From: a virus
DNA: 64,000 nt
Strand: one strand, 5' to 3'
Virus record (IMG/VR): IMGVR_UViG_3300026097_000010
Span: 1-64,000 of that record
The position numbers and the translations under genes were made by a program. Numbering within the stretch: position 1 is the stretch's first letter; every line of letters begins with the position of its first letter. Below are positions 47,705 to 57,335 of the stretch, in pieces. Below the pieces are notes generated by a model. The model was given only the letters and a program-made list of their open reading frames with translations. It had not been told where the DNA came from and did no database searches.

Positions 47705-48079
47705 ATGAATCAAAGAGCCGGATTACTCTTTTTAGCTAAAAACACAGGTCGTATACTTCTTATACTAGAAGAACAAAAATGGACCGTACCCACTTTTTCT
47801 AGAAAACAATCGTTACTAAACGATGCAGAATTTCTTATAAAAGAATATTCTCCTGGAAAAATTTTACCCATAGAATTGTATACATCTAAAGATAAAGGAT
47901 TTGAATTCGGTACCTATGTGTGTTTAGTAGAAGAAGAGTTTTTAACAACTGTGCCTAAAACACTATCCTGGTGCGATTTAAATTTTCTTCCTAACAATTT
48001 GCACTTAGGTATCAAAAGCACATTAAATAATGCAATAATTAAAACTAAAATCGAAACAGTACTGGAGTTGAATTTATAA
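47705..48079 (+). CDS. Degenerate Nudix-fold-like protein
   Basis: AGLLFLAKNTGRILL..W..P and W..LP..LH.G framework; Nudix box eroded; start moved to ATG 47705. Confidence 0.5.
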   Translation: MNQRAGLLFLAKNTGRILLILEEQKWTVPTFSRKQSLLNDAEFLIKEYSPGKILPIELYTSKDKGFEFGTYVCLVEEEFLTTVPKTLSWCDLNFLPNNLHLGIKSTLNNAIIKTKIETVLELNL

Positions 48080-48327
48080 TGAACTTAGAAAAAAGTCAAA
48101 GATTTCAAAAAGAATATCAAAAATATAAAGAAAAAATTGATATCATAGAAAATCCTAAAATAAAAAGTGAAGCTGAACTATTACTTAAATCACTAGTGGC
48201 TGAGGTAAAAAGAATAAACGATCATCACAGTAGATTGTTAACTAGTGGTTCTTTGTCCGATATGGTCCAAGATAGCAGACACAGAATCGTAGAAATTCGA
48301 AAGAAGATAGAAAAAATAATTAAATAG
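48079..48327 (+). CDS. Small coiled-coil hypothetical protein
   Basis: 82-aa ORF coupled by TAATG. Confidence 0.65.
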   Translation: MNLEKSQRFQKEYQKYKEKIDIIENPKIKSEAELLLKSLVAEVKRINDHHSRLLTSGSLSDMVQDSRHRIVEIRKKIEKIIK

Positions 48328-49207
48328 CACTTATGCTTTTAATAGTAATAGCACCGACCATTGATGCATGAATAGAACATTGGTATCTAAAATTAGGCGG
48401 CGATGATAATCCGGTAGGAACTTTCCAGTATAGCGTTCCGCTATCTTTACCTTGTGCATTTACTCCGGTGCTGACTGTTCCGTTTGTTGCAACATGTACT
48501 AATCCTGTATCGTAATTACTTCCGGTGCCATCTTGGATTAAAAAAGGATGTCCTTGCGCGGTAAGTTTGAATGCGATGGTTGTTCCTGTTATTACATATA
48601 ATGCTGGATTATCTGTAGATCCGTATTGGTCAAATCTATAAGAACTTGCTCCGTTGTTTGATACAATTAATTTTGTAATAGCCGGCAAATATATTTCGTC
48701 AATAGTTAATCCAGTAGTCTGTGCATCAGTTAATTCTGTGAAACTAGATGCTCCGCCACCGCCGTCTTGTGTCCCAGTATATGATATAGTTACAACTCCG
48801 TCTGCAACAGAAGTACTAATGTCAGTACCTCCAGCAAACGTTATACTATCAGTTGGCGAAGATGCAACTTGCGATCCGGTGTCTCCCGCAATTGATGAAA
48901 ATAAATTTTGTTGTACACCTTCTCCGCCGCCTTCGTCAACTGTTGCTGACGAAATGGTAATCGAATCTGTATTCGGATTGGTTGTTATAGTTATATTTTC
49001 GCCGGCTATAAGTGTTAACACATCTTCTTTTTGATCGGCGACAATGTCTTCTTGATCCTGAACTGTTATAGTCTTAAAGGTATCAGGAATACTAGCAGGA
49101 CCAGCAGATGTTACTATATTCCATGCAAATCCGTTATACTCCCAAGTAGTTCCGTCTAAAATATATGTTTCAGATATTTCTGGATTTTCTGGAAAATTTA
49201 TTGCCAT
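48320..49207 (-). CDS. Virion fibre-like protein with C-terminal cupredoxin-like motif
   Basis: MAINFP..W.YNG.AW N-terminus, T/G-rich repeats, GHPF..YQCSIHASMVG. Confidence 0.65.
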   Translation of the reverse strand: MAINFPENPEISETYILDGTTWEYNGFAWNIVTSAGPASIPDTFKTITVQDQEDIVADQKEDVLTLIAGENITITTNPNTDSITISSATVDEGGGEGVQQNLFSSIAGDTGSQVASSPTDSITFAGGTDISTSVADGVVTISYTGTQDGGGGASSFTELTDAQTTGLTIDEIYLPAITKLIVSNNGASSYRFDQYGSTDNPALYVITGTTIAFKLTAQGHPFLIQDGTGSNYDTGLVHVATNGTVSTGVNAQGKDSGTLYWKVPTGLSSPPNFRYQCSIHASMVGAITIKSISAI

Positions 49208-49216
49208 GTTATTTCC

Positions 49217-50755
49217 TTATGATGAATATGTTGTTATAGATCCTAACACTTCCCAAGTAGACCCTGTGTTAATTAGTGTAAAAGAAATTACATCTGTCGA
49301 CTCGTTATTAGGTGATGGCTCGATTCCGTCTTGCCATTGAATTGTCTGTGTGGCTCCATCAATTTGAACTTGATTTGGTAAGTAAGCAGTTGCTCCCTGA
49401 TTTAAAAGTAACACAATTGTAATAGCACTGTCAATGCTGCTAGGAACATTTGTAAAATTGACAGTAAAATCGGTTGTCATACCATATAAGAACCAAACTG
49501 ATCCCTGTTCAAAATCAATATTTGATGTAGCACTCGGGTCTGCTAAGGTAGCCATTTTTTCTACTGTTTGCTGTAAAATAGTTGTTCCCGAAATTGTAAT
49601 ATCACCCGAGACTGTGAGATTATTTACAGCATTTATCAGTCCTGGTTGCCACCGGCTATTTCCGTCGTTCCATACCAATGCTTGAGAATCGGATGCTGAA
49701 ACTTGTGATAACGTATGTGTGTTAATTAATCCTTGGTCGGCATCGACTAGTAATGTCGAATCTGTGGAGAATACCGATGATGAAATTGATTCTGGAACTT
49801 CAGTTAAAAACGCTCGATCATTGTCAAGCTCACTTACTTTTTCAGGTATAGATGGCGTGTTTAGTATATCTTCATAACTACCTGTTTCACTAACTTTTGA
49901 TAATACAGGAAGATCAGTTAAGTCGTTATAGCTACCACTAAATGTCGGAAATGCTGGCTGGATCCATTGTTCTGTGTCTCCGTCGTTTATATAAACATAA
50001 AGATAACCAGTAGTCATGTCAAGCCATAAATTACCATTTTCTGGGTCTTCTGGGTTTTCCTCGCTAACTGTTACTCTGCTTCCGCCTTCGCCGATTCCAG
50101 GATCTGCAACAGCAATAGAATTTCCCATGTTTTGATGATTACTACACCAATAATAAAGAATTGCAGGAGTCGAATTAGTAACTAGTATTCGAACTTGTCT
50201 AGAAGTAGCTGTATTAAAAGCTTCGCTGTTGTATACGGCTTGAGTAACTTCGTTCGAATCTAAGAAATATTTTACATTTGTAGTGTAGCTAGTGCCGCCA
50301 TCGAGCTCACCGTTGATGTTATCTGCAGAAAAATTCAACGGATGAGGATTAGGAGTAGTGTTATTCCCGTTTGGAAAATATACATTGGTTAAATCATCTT
50401 GAACAAATATATATGTATAACCTACCACAAAATTCGGTTCGGGGTTATAAATTGCATTTAGATTATATTTGTTTGATAATGTAGAATCGTCCGGATCTGG
50501 ACCTGTAACAGTTACATTATATACCACAGTTGATACATTAGATTCAACGATTTTATCTCTAAATGTATCAACTGCTATATTAGAAAAATCTGCTCTGGCT
50601 AAGCTTAAACCGCCTTTTACAGTTGAATCAAAAAGTCGTAGTGTGTCAAACTCTCGATCATAAAAAATTTCTCCTAGATTTCCAACACGACGATTAAGAA
50701 AATCTGATTCTCTAGGAATAATTCTTACAGCGGTAAATGTTTCAATTTTAGACAT
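49217..50755 (-). CDS. Virion fibre-like protein with internal cupredoxin-like motif
   Basis: HPLNFS..LYYWCSNHQNMG, P.NG.LW.D, SGSYNDLTDLP repeats. Confidence 0.65.
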   Translation of the reverse strand: MSKIETFTAVRIIPRESDFLNRRVGNLGEIFYDREFDTLRLFDSTVKGGLSLARADFSNIAVDTFRDKIVESNVSTVVYNVTVTGPDPDDSTLSNKYNLNAIYNPEPNFVVGYTYIFVQDDLTNVYFPNGNNTTPNPHPLNFSADNINGELDGGTSYTTNVKYFLDSNEVTQAVYNSEAFNTATSRQVRILVTNSTPAILYYWCSNHQNMGNSIAVADPGIGEGGSRVTVSEENPEDPENGNLWLDMTTGYLYVYINDGDTEQWIQPAFPTFSGSYNDLTDLPVLSKVSETGSYEDILNTPSIPEKVSELDNDRAFLTEVPESISSSVFSTDSTLLVDADQGLINTHTLSQVSASDSQALVWNDGNSRWQPGLINAVNNLTVSGDITISGTTILQQTVEKMATLADPSATSNIDFEQGSVWFLYGMTTDFTVNFTNVPSSIDSAITIVLLLNQGATAYLPNQVQIDGATQTIQWQDGIEPSPNNESTDVISFTLINTGSTWEVLGSITTYSS

Positions 50756-50794
50756 ACTGTATTTATTACTTTTTACAGTTATCGAACACCACTA

Positions 50795-50820
50795 TTAAGA
50801 TACATTAGGATGCATCTTAA
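50795..50820 (-). terminator. 11-bp RNA hairpin at the 3' end of carbamoyltransferase 2
   Basis: TTAAGATGCAT-CCTA-ATGTATCTTAA on -; the single mismatch is a G-U pair; no strong U tail. Confidence 0.45.
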
Positions 50821-52601
50821 TTTTTAACCGTAAACAACTTTTGATATTCTGGCAAATACAGATACTCAATTTCGCTTTCTTGCAAGGTCCAAAGCGCATC
50901 CTCTAAGGTTTCGACCAGAGGTTCTCCTCCTAAATTAAAACTGGTATTAAACACAATCGGAACTCCAGTTCTATCTTTAAAATCTTTAATTAGATCATAG
51001 TATAATGGGTTTTGCTCTTTATTGACTGTTTGTATTCTGCATGTACCATCTACATGAATAATACCTGGAATTTTTTCTTCAATTCCTTTATGGCAGTTTA
51101 CAGCATACATCATACTAGGTGATGAATCCATCCCTCTTAGATCAAACCACTCGTGAGCATCTTCTTCTAAAATAGATCCTGCAAACGGACGGAAATATTC
51201 TCTGCGTTTTACTGCATTCACATAATCTTTTGCATCGGTATAAGAGGGATCAAAAATTAAACTTCTATTACCAAGCGCACGTGGACCGTTTTCTGATCTT
51301 CCTTGGAACACAGCAACAATATTTTTACTGGTTAATAGATCTATAACATCACTGTTTGATGCTGATTCTAATGTTGCATTATATTTTTTAGATACTTTTT
51401 CAAAGGCATCGTCGGTAAAATCATAAGCAGGTCCTAAGTATAAATCTTCTTTCCTTCCTTGATTTTTAAACATTCCAGTATATCGATAATACTGTAACAT
51501 CGCAGCACCGATTGCTGTTCCTGCATCACTAGACACTGGCTCAACATAAAGATTAATTCCTTTATCTTTTAGTGCATCTAAATAATAATAGTTAGCAACA
51601 CAGTTTAATGCATAACCTCCGCTTAAAACTACATTTGTTTCTCCTGTAATTTCAACTGCACGTTCTATTAATTTTAAAACTTGTTCTTGTGTTTCTTTTT
51701 GACAAGCATATGCTAAATCTCTACGATTTTTAAGTTTTGATAAGTCTTCGTAATTTTCATCAGGATCAAATGCAAGTTCTTTAAAAATTTCAGAATTTAC
51801 TACAGCTGCGTTCGGATACGTCGGAATTATAATATTTCTATTTGCGAGAGGCATAACAGCACTGTCATCAAATAATTGGGGTATATTGTCATTGGATTCG
51901 CCATACGGAAAAAGTCCCATAGTTTTTCCTGCCTCGATTGGCGAAAATCCGCAATATTGAGTTACAGCTTCGTAAACTTTTACAATGCCAGCTCTATCTG
52001 TAACGATCGCTTCGTACACGTGATTGTCATCGTCGGTAGTTTCTGAAATTGAACCCCAATGCGGGCCTCTAGTTCCGATGTGTTTATACACTGTTTTAAA
52101 TTCATGCGGTGGAGAACATTGGAACACTGTTTCTGTTTCCCAGCCTACAGTTGTTTCGTCCATAACTTTTAATGGAATAAAAGTTCCGGCGCCGTCCACG
52201 ATTACAGCGGCAGCTGTTTCGAACCCAGACCTGTAAAAAGCACAAGCTGCATGAAGCTTATGATGTTGTGTGCTAAGATCGATAACCTGAGGATGATTGT
52301 GAATATCGCATTTTCTTTCAATCAGCCCTAGTTTTCTGGCTAGTCCGGTATATACATCGTCTCCTGTATAATCAACATGTCCAGCTGAATCTTTTAATGT
52401 CTGTGTATGAGCCACGACCAAATAGTCTAAACGATCAGTATACTCTAATATTTTCATCATAGAAGCATAAGGGCCTCCATCGTATTTTTGCCTTGAAAAT
52501 CTTTCTTCTTCAATACTAAACACAATTTCGTCATTTTTTAAAAGACAAACTCCTGCGTTGTGTCCTCTAGCAATGCCAGCAATCCATATATCTTTTTTCA
52601 T
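50817..52601 (-). CDS. NodU/CmcH-family carbamoyltransferase (second copy)
   Basis: GHNAG, EEERFSRQK, HHKLHA, VDGAG, GKTMGL, SGGYALNC, DAGTAIG, ENGPRALGNRS, FRPFAG, HVDGTCRIQT, NTSFN. Confidence 0.95.
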   Translation of the reverse strand: MKKDIWIAGIARGHNAGVCLLKNDEIVFSIEEERFSRQKYDGGPYASMMKILEYTDRLDYLVVAHTQTLKDSAGHVDYTGDDVYTGLARKLGLIERKCDIHNHPQVIDLSTQHHKLHAACAFYRSGFETAAAVIVDGAGTFIPLKVMDETTVGWETETVFQCSPPHEFKTVYKHIGTRGPHWGSISETTDDDNHVYEAIVTDRAGIVKVYEAVTQYCGFSPIEAGKTMGLFPYGESNDNIPQLFDDSAVMPLANRNIIIPTYPNAAVVNSEIFKELAFDPDENYEDLSKLKNRRDLAYACQKETQEQVLKLIERAVEITGETNVVLSGGYALNCVANYYYLDALKDKGINLYVEPVSSDAGTAIGAAMLQYYRYTGMFKNQGRKEDLYLGPAYDFTDDAFEKVSKKYNATLESASNSDVIDLLTSKNIVAVFQGRSENGPRALGNRSLIFDPSYTDAKDYVNAVKRREYFRPFAGSILEEDAHEWFDLRGMDSSPSMMYAVNCHKGIEEKIPGIIHVDGTCRIQTVNKEQNPLYYDLIKDFKDRTGVPIVFNTSFNLGGEPLVETLEDALWTLQESEIEYLYLPEYQKLFTVKN

Positions 52602-52611
52602 ATTTTTCCTA

Positions 52612-53547
52612 TTAGCCCTTTTTACCGCTTACGTGGTCGACCACTAAATCTATAATTTCGTCAGTCATTGACATTATATTTTCATTTTTCCTATCTGTTG
52701 CTTCGTCGTGTGTTATACGGATAGGACTGTATTCACGATCATATTCTCCCATATCCAAAATTTCAACATTGTCTGTATTCGGATATGAAACATTTACAGG
52801 GTATGTTGAGCCTGTAACTACTATAGTTTCCTTTTCTAATGCATATGATATATGTTGACCTACACTATCACAACCTAAAAACTTATCAGCATATTTTATG
52901 ACGCCTGCCCAGTGTCTTAACGATATCTGCTCTGGCATTGCTACTTCGTCAACTAAATTAGCATCAGAAAAATCAACTTTAAATTCTGCCATAAGAATCA
53001 CAGCATATCCTTTCTTTTGTAGTCCTTTAATTATTTTTTTGATGTCTTTAAGTTCAAAGCTTCTACCAGTTTTATCAACCAATGTTTCGTCGATGTATTC
53101 TATACTTCGTCCGAACGGCTGAAATACTACTACTTTGTCTTTTTTTACTTGTTTTTTAACTTCGCTTATTACATGTCGCCCGGTAAGCATTTCATCTTTT
53201 GACAGAATTAATTTAGGTTTTGGTAGTTCGCGAACACCTTTTTCGTTTATTTGAATATCAAAAGCTTGAGAAAGGCTACATTCTTGATTATAGTATTCCC
53301 AAATTCTGTAAGGTTCGAGAGACACAATATCTCTATTTAATAGATGAGTTTTAAATAAATTTTTATGCCAAATGTCGTAAGTTTTTCCATCTAAATCAGG
53401 ATGCCCTTTGAACATATCGCTTCCGCCTTCGCTTACGATAATAAAATCTTCATCTCCTGATTCTTCAATGTATTTTTCAAATGCGGGGATTGAACAAATT
53501 ATTCTTCCGGCGCCGCCATTGATAAAAAATGCTTTAGATCTTTGCAT
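52612..53547 (-). CDS. GT9/heptosyltransferase-like GT-B glycosyltransferase
   Basis: NGGAGR, FQPFG, LR.WA.VI..AD.FLGCDSVGQH..AL.K..V..GST. Confidence 0.7.
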   Translation of the reverse strand: MQRSKAFFINGGAGRIICSIPAFEKYIEESGDEDFIIVSEGGSDMFKGHPDLDGKTYDIWHKNLFKTHLLNRDIVSLEPYRIWEYYNQECSLSQAFDIQINEKGVRELPKPKLILSKDEMLTGRHVISEVKKQVKKDKVVVFQPFGRSIEYIDETLVDKTGRSFELKDIKKIIKGLQKKGYAVILMAEFKVDFSDANLVDEVAMPEQISLRHWAGVIKYADKFLGCDSVGQHISYALEKETIVVTGSTYPVNVSYPNTDNVEILDMGEYDREYSPIRITHDEATDRKNENIMSMTDEIIDLVVDHVSGKKG

Positions 53548-53619
53548 TAACCATTCCTTTTAGATATCTACATTATATATCGTTTTTAAGGTTAGTAATT
53601 ATATTTTCTGGTTGTGCAA

Positions 53620-53648
53620 TAAAAAAGCCGATACTTAATATCGGCTTT
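53620..53648 (-). terminator. Intrinsic terminator
   Basis: AAAGCCGATA-TTAAG-TATCGGCTTTTTT on -. Confidence 0.82.
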
Positions 53649-53654
53649 GGTAGA

Positions 53655-54326
53655 TTAATCCTCGGGAGAGTCTGGAGGTGTAGGTGGGGTTTCTTCATCC
53701 ATGAAAGGATCATTGATAGGAAATGGAATTTTCCAATGATCTATTCCTTCATAATTTGTTTTTAGACTTTTAAGAGTTGTTATATAGTCTTTACACTCTT
53801 GAGATTCTGATTCTTCGTCCTCGTAAGATTTTATTAGATTTTCTAATCCATCCCAAAACTCTTCAGCGGTCATTCCATGATCTACAAACGGAGGATTTCT
53901 AAATGTTTCAGATGAAAAATCATAGACCATTTGATTAGGAACAAATACATCGTCAATTATTCCGTTTTCTGGATAATCATAAGTCCATGTAACTTCTCCG
54001 TTGTGTGTGAAAACGTAGTTTTCAATTTCATCAGGGACCCTATATCGATGGGTAATATATGCTGCAGGAAAAGGATTAACTTCAGCGTCAATTAAGATAA
54101 TTTTGCACTCGTCGCCTCGGTAAAACTTATTTAGGTTTATATTTTCCGATTTGCGATAGTATCCCACAGCACTTTCGCATCTGCCAGTGTACGGATCGAC
54201 TTCGATAACTACATATCTAGGACCTTGATAAACGCATGTAACTGTTTTTCCTAGATCGGTCGAATCTTTAAATGGTTCGTCCGGAATTGTAATTGTGAAT
54301 TCTTTTTCAAAATTTGTATCATTCAT
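53655..54326 (-). CDS. Hypothetical acidic protein, possibly a fibre assembly chaperone
   Basis: Follows the Cys-rich array; C-terminal Y...L..L..W.IPFP..P resembles Tfa-type endings. Confidence 0.5.
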   Translation of the reverse strand: MNDTNFEKEFTITIPDEPFKDSTDLGKTVTCVYQGPRYVVIEVDPYTGRCESAVGYYRKSENINLNKFYRGDECKIILIDAEVNPFPAAYITHRYRVPDEIENYVFTHNGEVTWTYDYPENGIIDDVFVPNQMVYDFSSETFRNPPFVDHGMTAEEFWDGLENLIKSYEDEESESQECKDYITTLKSLKTNYEGIDHWKIPFPINDPFMDEETPPTPPDSPED

Positions 54327-55326
54327 CTCTTATAAACCTTATTCTAACGGCTCCGTGGCCGCCTCTCATACCGTGATCGCAAATACCGCTACACGGTAAT
54401 GCACCTAACCCAGGAACTCCAGCTCCCAAATACGGAGTACACCCAGTTGCTTGATAACAGCTGCACCATCTGCCGCCTGCATCATAGCATGCGGAATAGC
54501 TCATTCCAACTGTCGGGCTTTTGGTTGCAGCACCCAAAGCTAAGAAATAAGGCATAACATGTTGGGCGCCGCCACGAGCTGTATCGAAGTTTTCTCCGAT
54601 TTGTACGGTAAGTTCTACACCTTCTTCGGAAAACATGTTGTTTGATGTTACCGGGTAAGCTATCATACAGCATTGCTCACCAGAATCACAACTAAAAATT
54701 CCAATTCTTGAGATGCCGCCGTCAACATTAACGTCGCCGCCGTACGCTTTTGCTATCCAGTCAACTTCTGCACAATGATTGCAAACATACCCGCATCCGT
54801 CAATGGTTTCTGTAACACTAAATCCTTCATCTGAAAAACATGTTAACAAACTCGCACTTCCTGCATTACAGTATGATTGTCCGCCTCGGCCGCCCATTAC
54901 GCACATGCATACATCCGAAATGTCCGTGGCGTTTTCGATACAAAGTTCAGTTGGACAACTACATCCTCTAAAGTTAGTTGCATCTGCATTTCCGCAACTC
55001 ATACCAACTAATCCTGTAACTACAGTATCGCAATCTGCACGAAAAGTTCTTTTAGAGTATGCTGGTGGATTTCCCGGAGTTCCGAATCCGCAACACCGTA
55101 GAGCAGCTCCTGAACCAGCAGCACCCCAGGCTTCTATAATTACTGTACCAGTGGGCGGTTCTTCTCCAGGTTCGGCTCGAGGCGTGAACCAACAAATTCC
55201 TTGAAAGAACTCTGTCTGTTGTGTTCCAGGTGTATATGTCCAAATTTTTCCTTTTTCGATATTGATATCGTTAGCAATTGGATCAAACGCACTTTTTGTT
55301 TTTATTAATTGACTTAGATTTGCCAT
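54319..55326 (-). CDS. Cys/Gly-rich virion-type protein, paralogue 4
   Basis: IEAWGAAGSG..CC..PGN..YS; C-terminal GGHGAVRIRF. Confidence 0.75.
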   Translation of the reverse strand: MANLSQLIKTKSAFDPIANDINIEKGKIWTYTPGTQQTEFFQGICWFTPRAEPGEEPPTGTVIIEAWGAAGSGAALRCCGFGTPGNPPAYSKRTFRADCDTVVTGLVGMSCGNADATNFRGCSCPTELCIENATDISDVCMCVMGGRGGQSYCNAGSASLLTCFSDEGFSVTETIDGCGYVCNHCAEVDWIAKAYGGDVNVDGGISRIGIFSCDSGEQCCMIAYPVTSNNMFSEEGVELTVQIGENFDTARGGAQHVMPYFLALGAATKSPTVGMSYSACYDAGGRWCSCYQATGCTPYLGAGVPGLGALPCSGICDHGMRGGHGAVRIRFIRDE

Positions 55327-56330
55327 TAGTTCGTTCCTATAAATTTAATTCTGACAGCTCCGTGACCGCCTCGTGATGGATGATCTCTGATACTATGCCT
55401 TACTTGTGCTGGCATCCCGCCGATACCGTATGGTATAAAAGGCAAACAACCCATATCTTCGTAGCAACCACACAGTCTGTTTGCACCACTCCAGCATCCA
55501 TTTACGTATAATCCGCCACGCACTGGATTTTTTCCGGCGACAGCTAATCCGTGCATAAATGCAAACGTTTGATTACCTGAGTGATCGCCGTGGGCTACAC
55601 TTTGTTCACCTTGGAAGGTTATAGTTGCACCGTCTTCTGAAAAAATTCCTGGAGGTACAGCAACATGATATTGAGCACAGCAATAACAGTTAGGGTTAGT
55701 ATGCATAATAGATGTGCAGGAAACCCCGCCAAATTTATTAATGTCGCCACCGTATGCAAATCCTCTGCATGAAGGTGTAACTGTAGTAGCATCATATACC
55801 CAGTTGCAGATCAATCCGCAGTTACTGCCGTAAGATACATGTTCGTAGCCTCGTTGAACTAAACAGCAATAAGGTGCTGTGCTGGTAGAACACCTTGAAC
55901 AACCTCCCATGCCGCCTTCTGCACACATGCATCCATTTAGATCTCTTCCTACCCAGCATATGCATGTACTTTCGCTGCATCCCCTATAATCTCTGGCAGA
56001 GGCGTTTCCGCAACTCATGCCAACTGTGCCGCAGATATAAGAACCGGTTTGAACACAAAAAGTTTTTTTAGAATACGCTCCTGCATTTCCAGGTAACGAT
56101 CCGCCACCGCAACAACATTGTCTGCCGGTAGATCCGCCTGCTCCCCATATTTCTAGAACTACTTTACCCGTTCTCGGTGCTTGCCAACAAATTTGACCAT
56201 CTTCATAAAGGTCAGTAGCGTTAGTAGCAGGCGTAAAAACAAAGATTTGCCCTTGCTCGAGGCCTGTATCTCCTATATCGCCATCAGCGATGTCAACTCG
56301 TTTACCTAGTATTTCTGACAAATTTGCCAT
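55326..56330 (-). CDS. Cys/Gly-rich virion-type protein, paralogue 3
   Basis: LEIWGAGGS..CCC..PGN.GAYS; GGHGAVRIKF. Confidence 0.75.
   Translation of the reverse strand: MANLSEILGKRVDIADGDIGDTGLEQGQIFVFTPATNATDLYEDGQICWQAPRTGKVVLEIWGAGGSTGRQCCCGGGSLPGNAGAYSKKTFCVQTGSYICGTVGMSCGNASARDYRGCSESTCICWVGRDLNGCMCAEGGMGGCSRCSTSTAPYCCLVQRGYEHVSYGSNCGLICNWVYDATTVTPSCRGFAYGGDINKFGGVSCTSIMHTNPNCYCCAQYHVAVPPGIFSEDGATITFQGEQSVAHGDHSGNQTFAFMHGLAVAGKNPVRGGLYVNGCWSGANRLCGCYEDMGCLPFIPYGIGGMPAQVRHSIRDHPSRGGHGAVRIKFIGTN
55461..55553. repeat. 93-bp direct repeat, copy 1
   Basis: Identical to 56465-56557 except 55539 G vs 56543 A. Confidence 0.9.
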
Positions 56331-57334
56331 CAGTTTGTTCCTATAAACTTAATTCTCAATGCGCCGTGACCGCCTCGGCCGCCTTTATCTTGTACGTTAG
56401 GCATAGGCTGTTGACCTATACCTCCCATGCCAGTGGGCATCCAGTTTAGACAACCGTGATCGTTGTAGCAACCACACAGTCTGTTTGCACCACTCCAGCA
56501 TCCATTTACGTATAATCCGCCACGCACTGGATTTTTTCCGGCAACAGCTAATCCGTGTAAAACCGAATGTATACCGTTACCTGTATAACATCCGTGGGCT
56601 ACGTTACCTTCACCTTGATATGCAAGTACAGCACCTTCGTCTGCCATGATTCCAGGTGCAACAGCAACATGATATTGAGAACAACAATGACAGTTTGCGC
56701 GGCAATTCATAAAAGTCGCACAAGATATAGTTCCGCATCTGTTAACGTCGCCGCCGTATGCAAATCCTCGAGCATGACACTGTGTCCAATTGCAAATAAG
56801 TCCGCAACAATTATCGTAGCTTGTAAAACAATATCCTGCATTTAGATAACTGCCGTCGCATCTTCCTACAAAACAACAATAAGGCGATGTGCCGGTAGAA
56901 CACTGTGCGATACCGCCTACTCCGCCTTCTGCACACATGCATCCGTCTAGATTTTTCCCTACCCAGCATATGCAGGTACTCTCGCTACAACCTCTAAAAC
57001 AGCTTGTGCTAGCATTGTCGCAGCTTGCACCTACAGTTCCGCAAATATATGAACCTTGTTCTACTGTTATTCTTTTTCTAGAGTATGCTCCGGAATTACC
57101 CGGAATTCCCATTCCGCAGCATCGTCCTCGTGCGCCTGAGCCGCCTGCTCCCCATATTTCAATTGTTACTTCACCGTTTCCGGGAGCCTGCCAACAAATG
57201 TCGCCGTCGTAAAAACTTTCAATGCCGGCAGGCGTAAACACGTAAATTTGGCCTTGTTCTAATCCGCTATCACCTACAGCGCGATCTGCGGTGTCTGCAG
57301 TTCTAGCTCCTAGTAAGGTTGAAAGCAATGCCAT
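56330..57334 (-). CDS. Cys/Gly-rich virion-type protein, paralogue 2
   Basis: IEIWGAGGSG..CC; 31 Cys in 334 aa by manual count; GGHGALRIKF. Confidence 0.75.
   Translation of the reverse strand: MALLSTLLGARTADTADRAVGDSGLEQGQIYVFTPAGIESFYDGDICWQAPGNGEVTIEIWGAGGSGARGRCCGMGIPGNSGAYSRKRITVEQGSYICGTVGASCDNASTSCFRGCSESTCICWVGKNLDGCMCAEGGVGGIAQCSTGTSPYCCFVGRCDGSYLNAGYCFTSYDNCCGLICNWTQCHARGFAYGGDVNRCGTISCATFMNCRANCHCCSQYHVAVAPGIMADEGAVLAYQGEGNVAHGCYTGNGIHSVLHGLAVAGKNPVRGGLYVNGCWSGANRLCGCYNDHGCLNWMPTGMGGIGQQPMPNVQDKGGRGGHGALRIKFIGTN
56465..56557. repeat. 93-bp direct repeat, copy 2
   Basis: Matches 55461-55553 at an offset of 1004 bp. Confidence 0.9.
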
Positions 57335-57335
57335 A

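Noticed and set aside
55461-56557. Diversity-generating retroelement TR/VR pair
   Set aside because: There is only one mismatch, it is synonymous (C/T on the coding strand), both copies are coding, and no reverse transcriptase is in the window.
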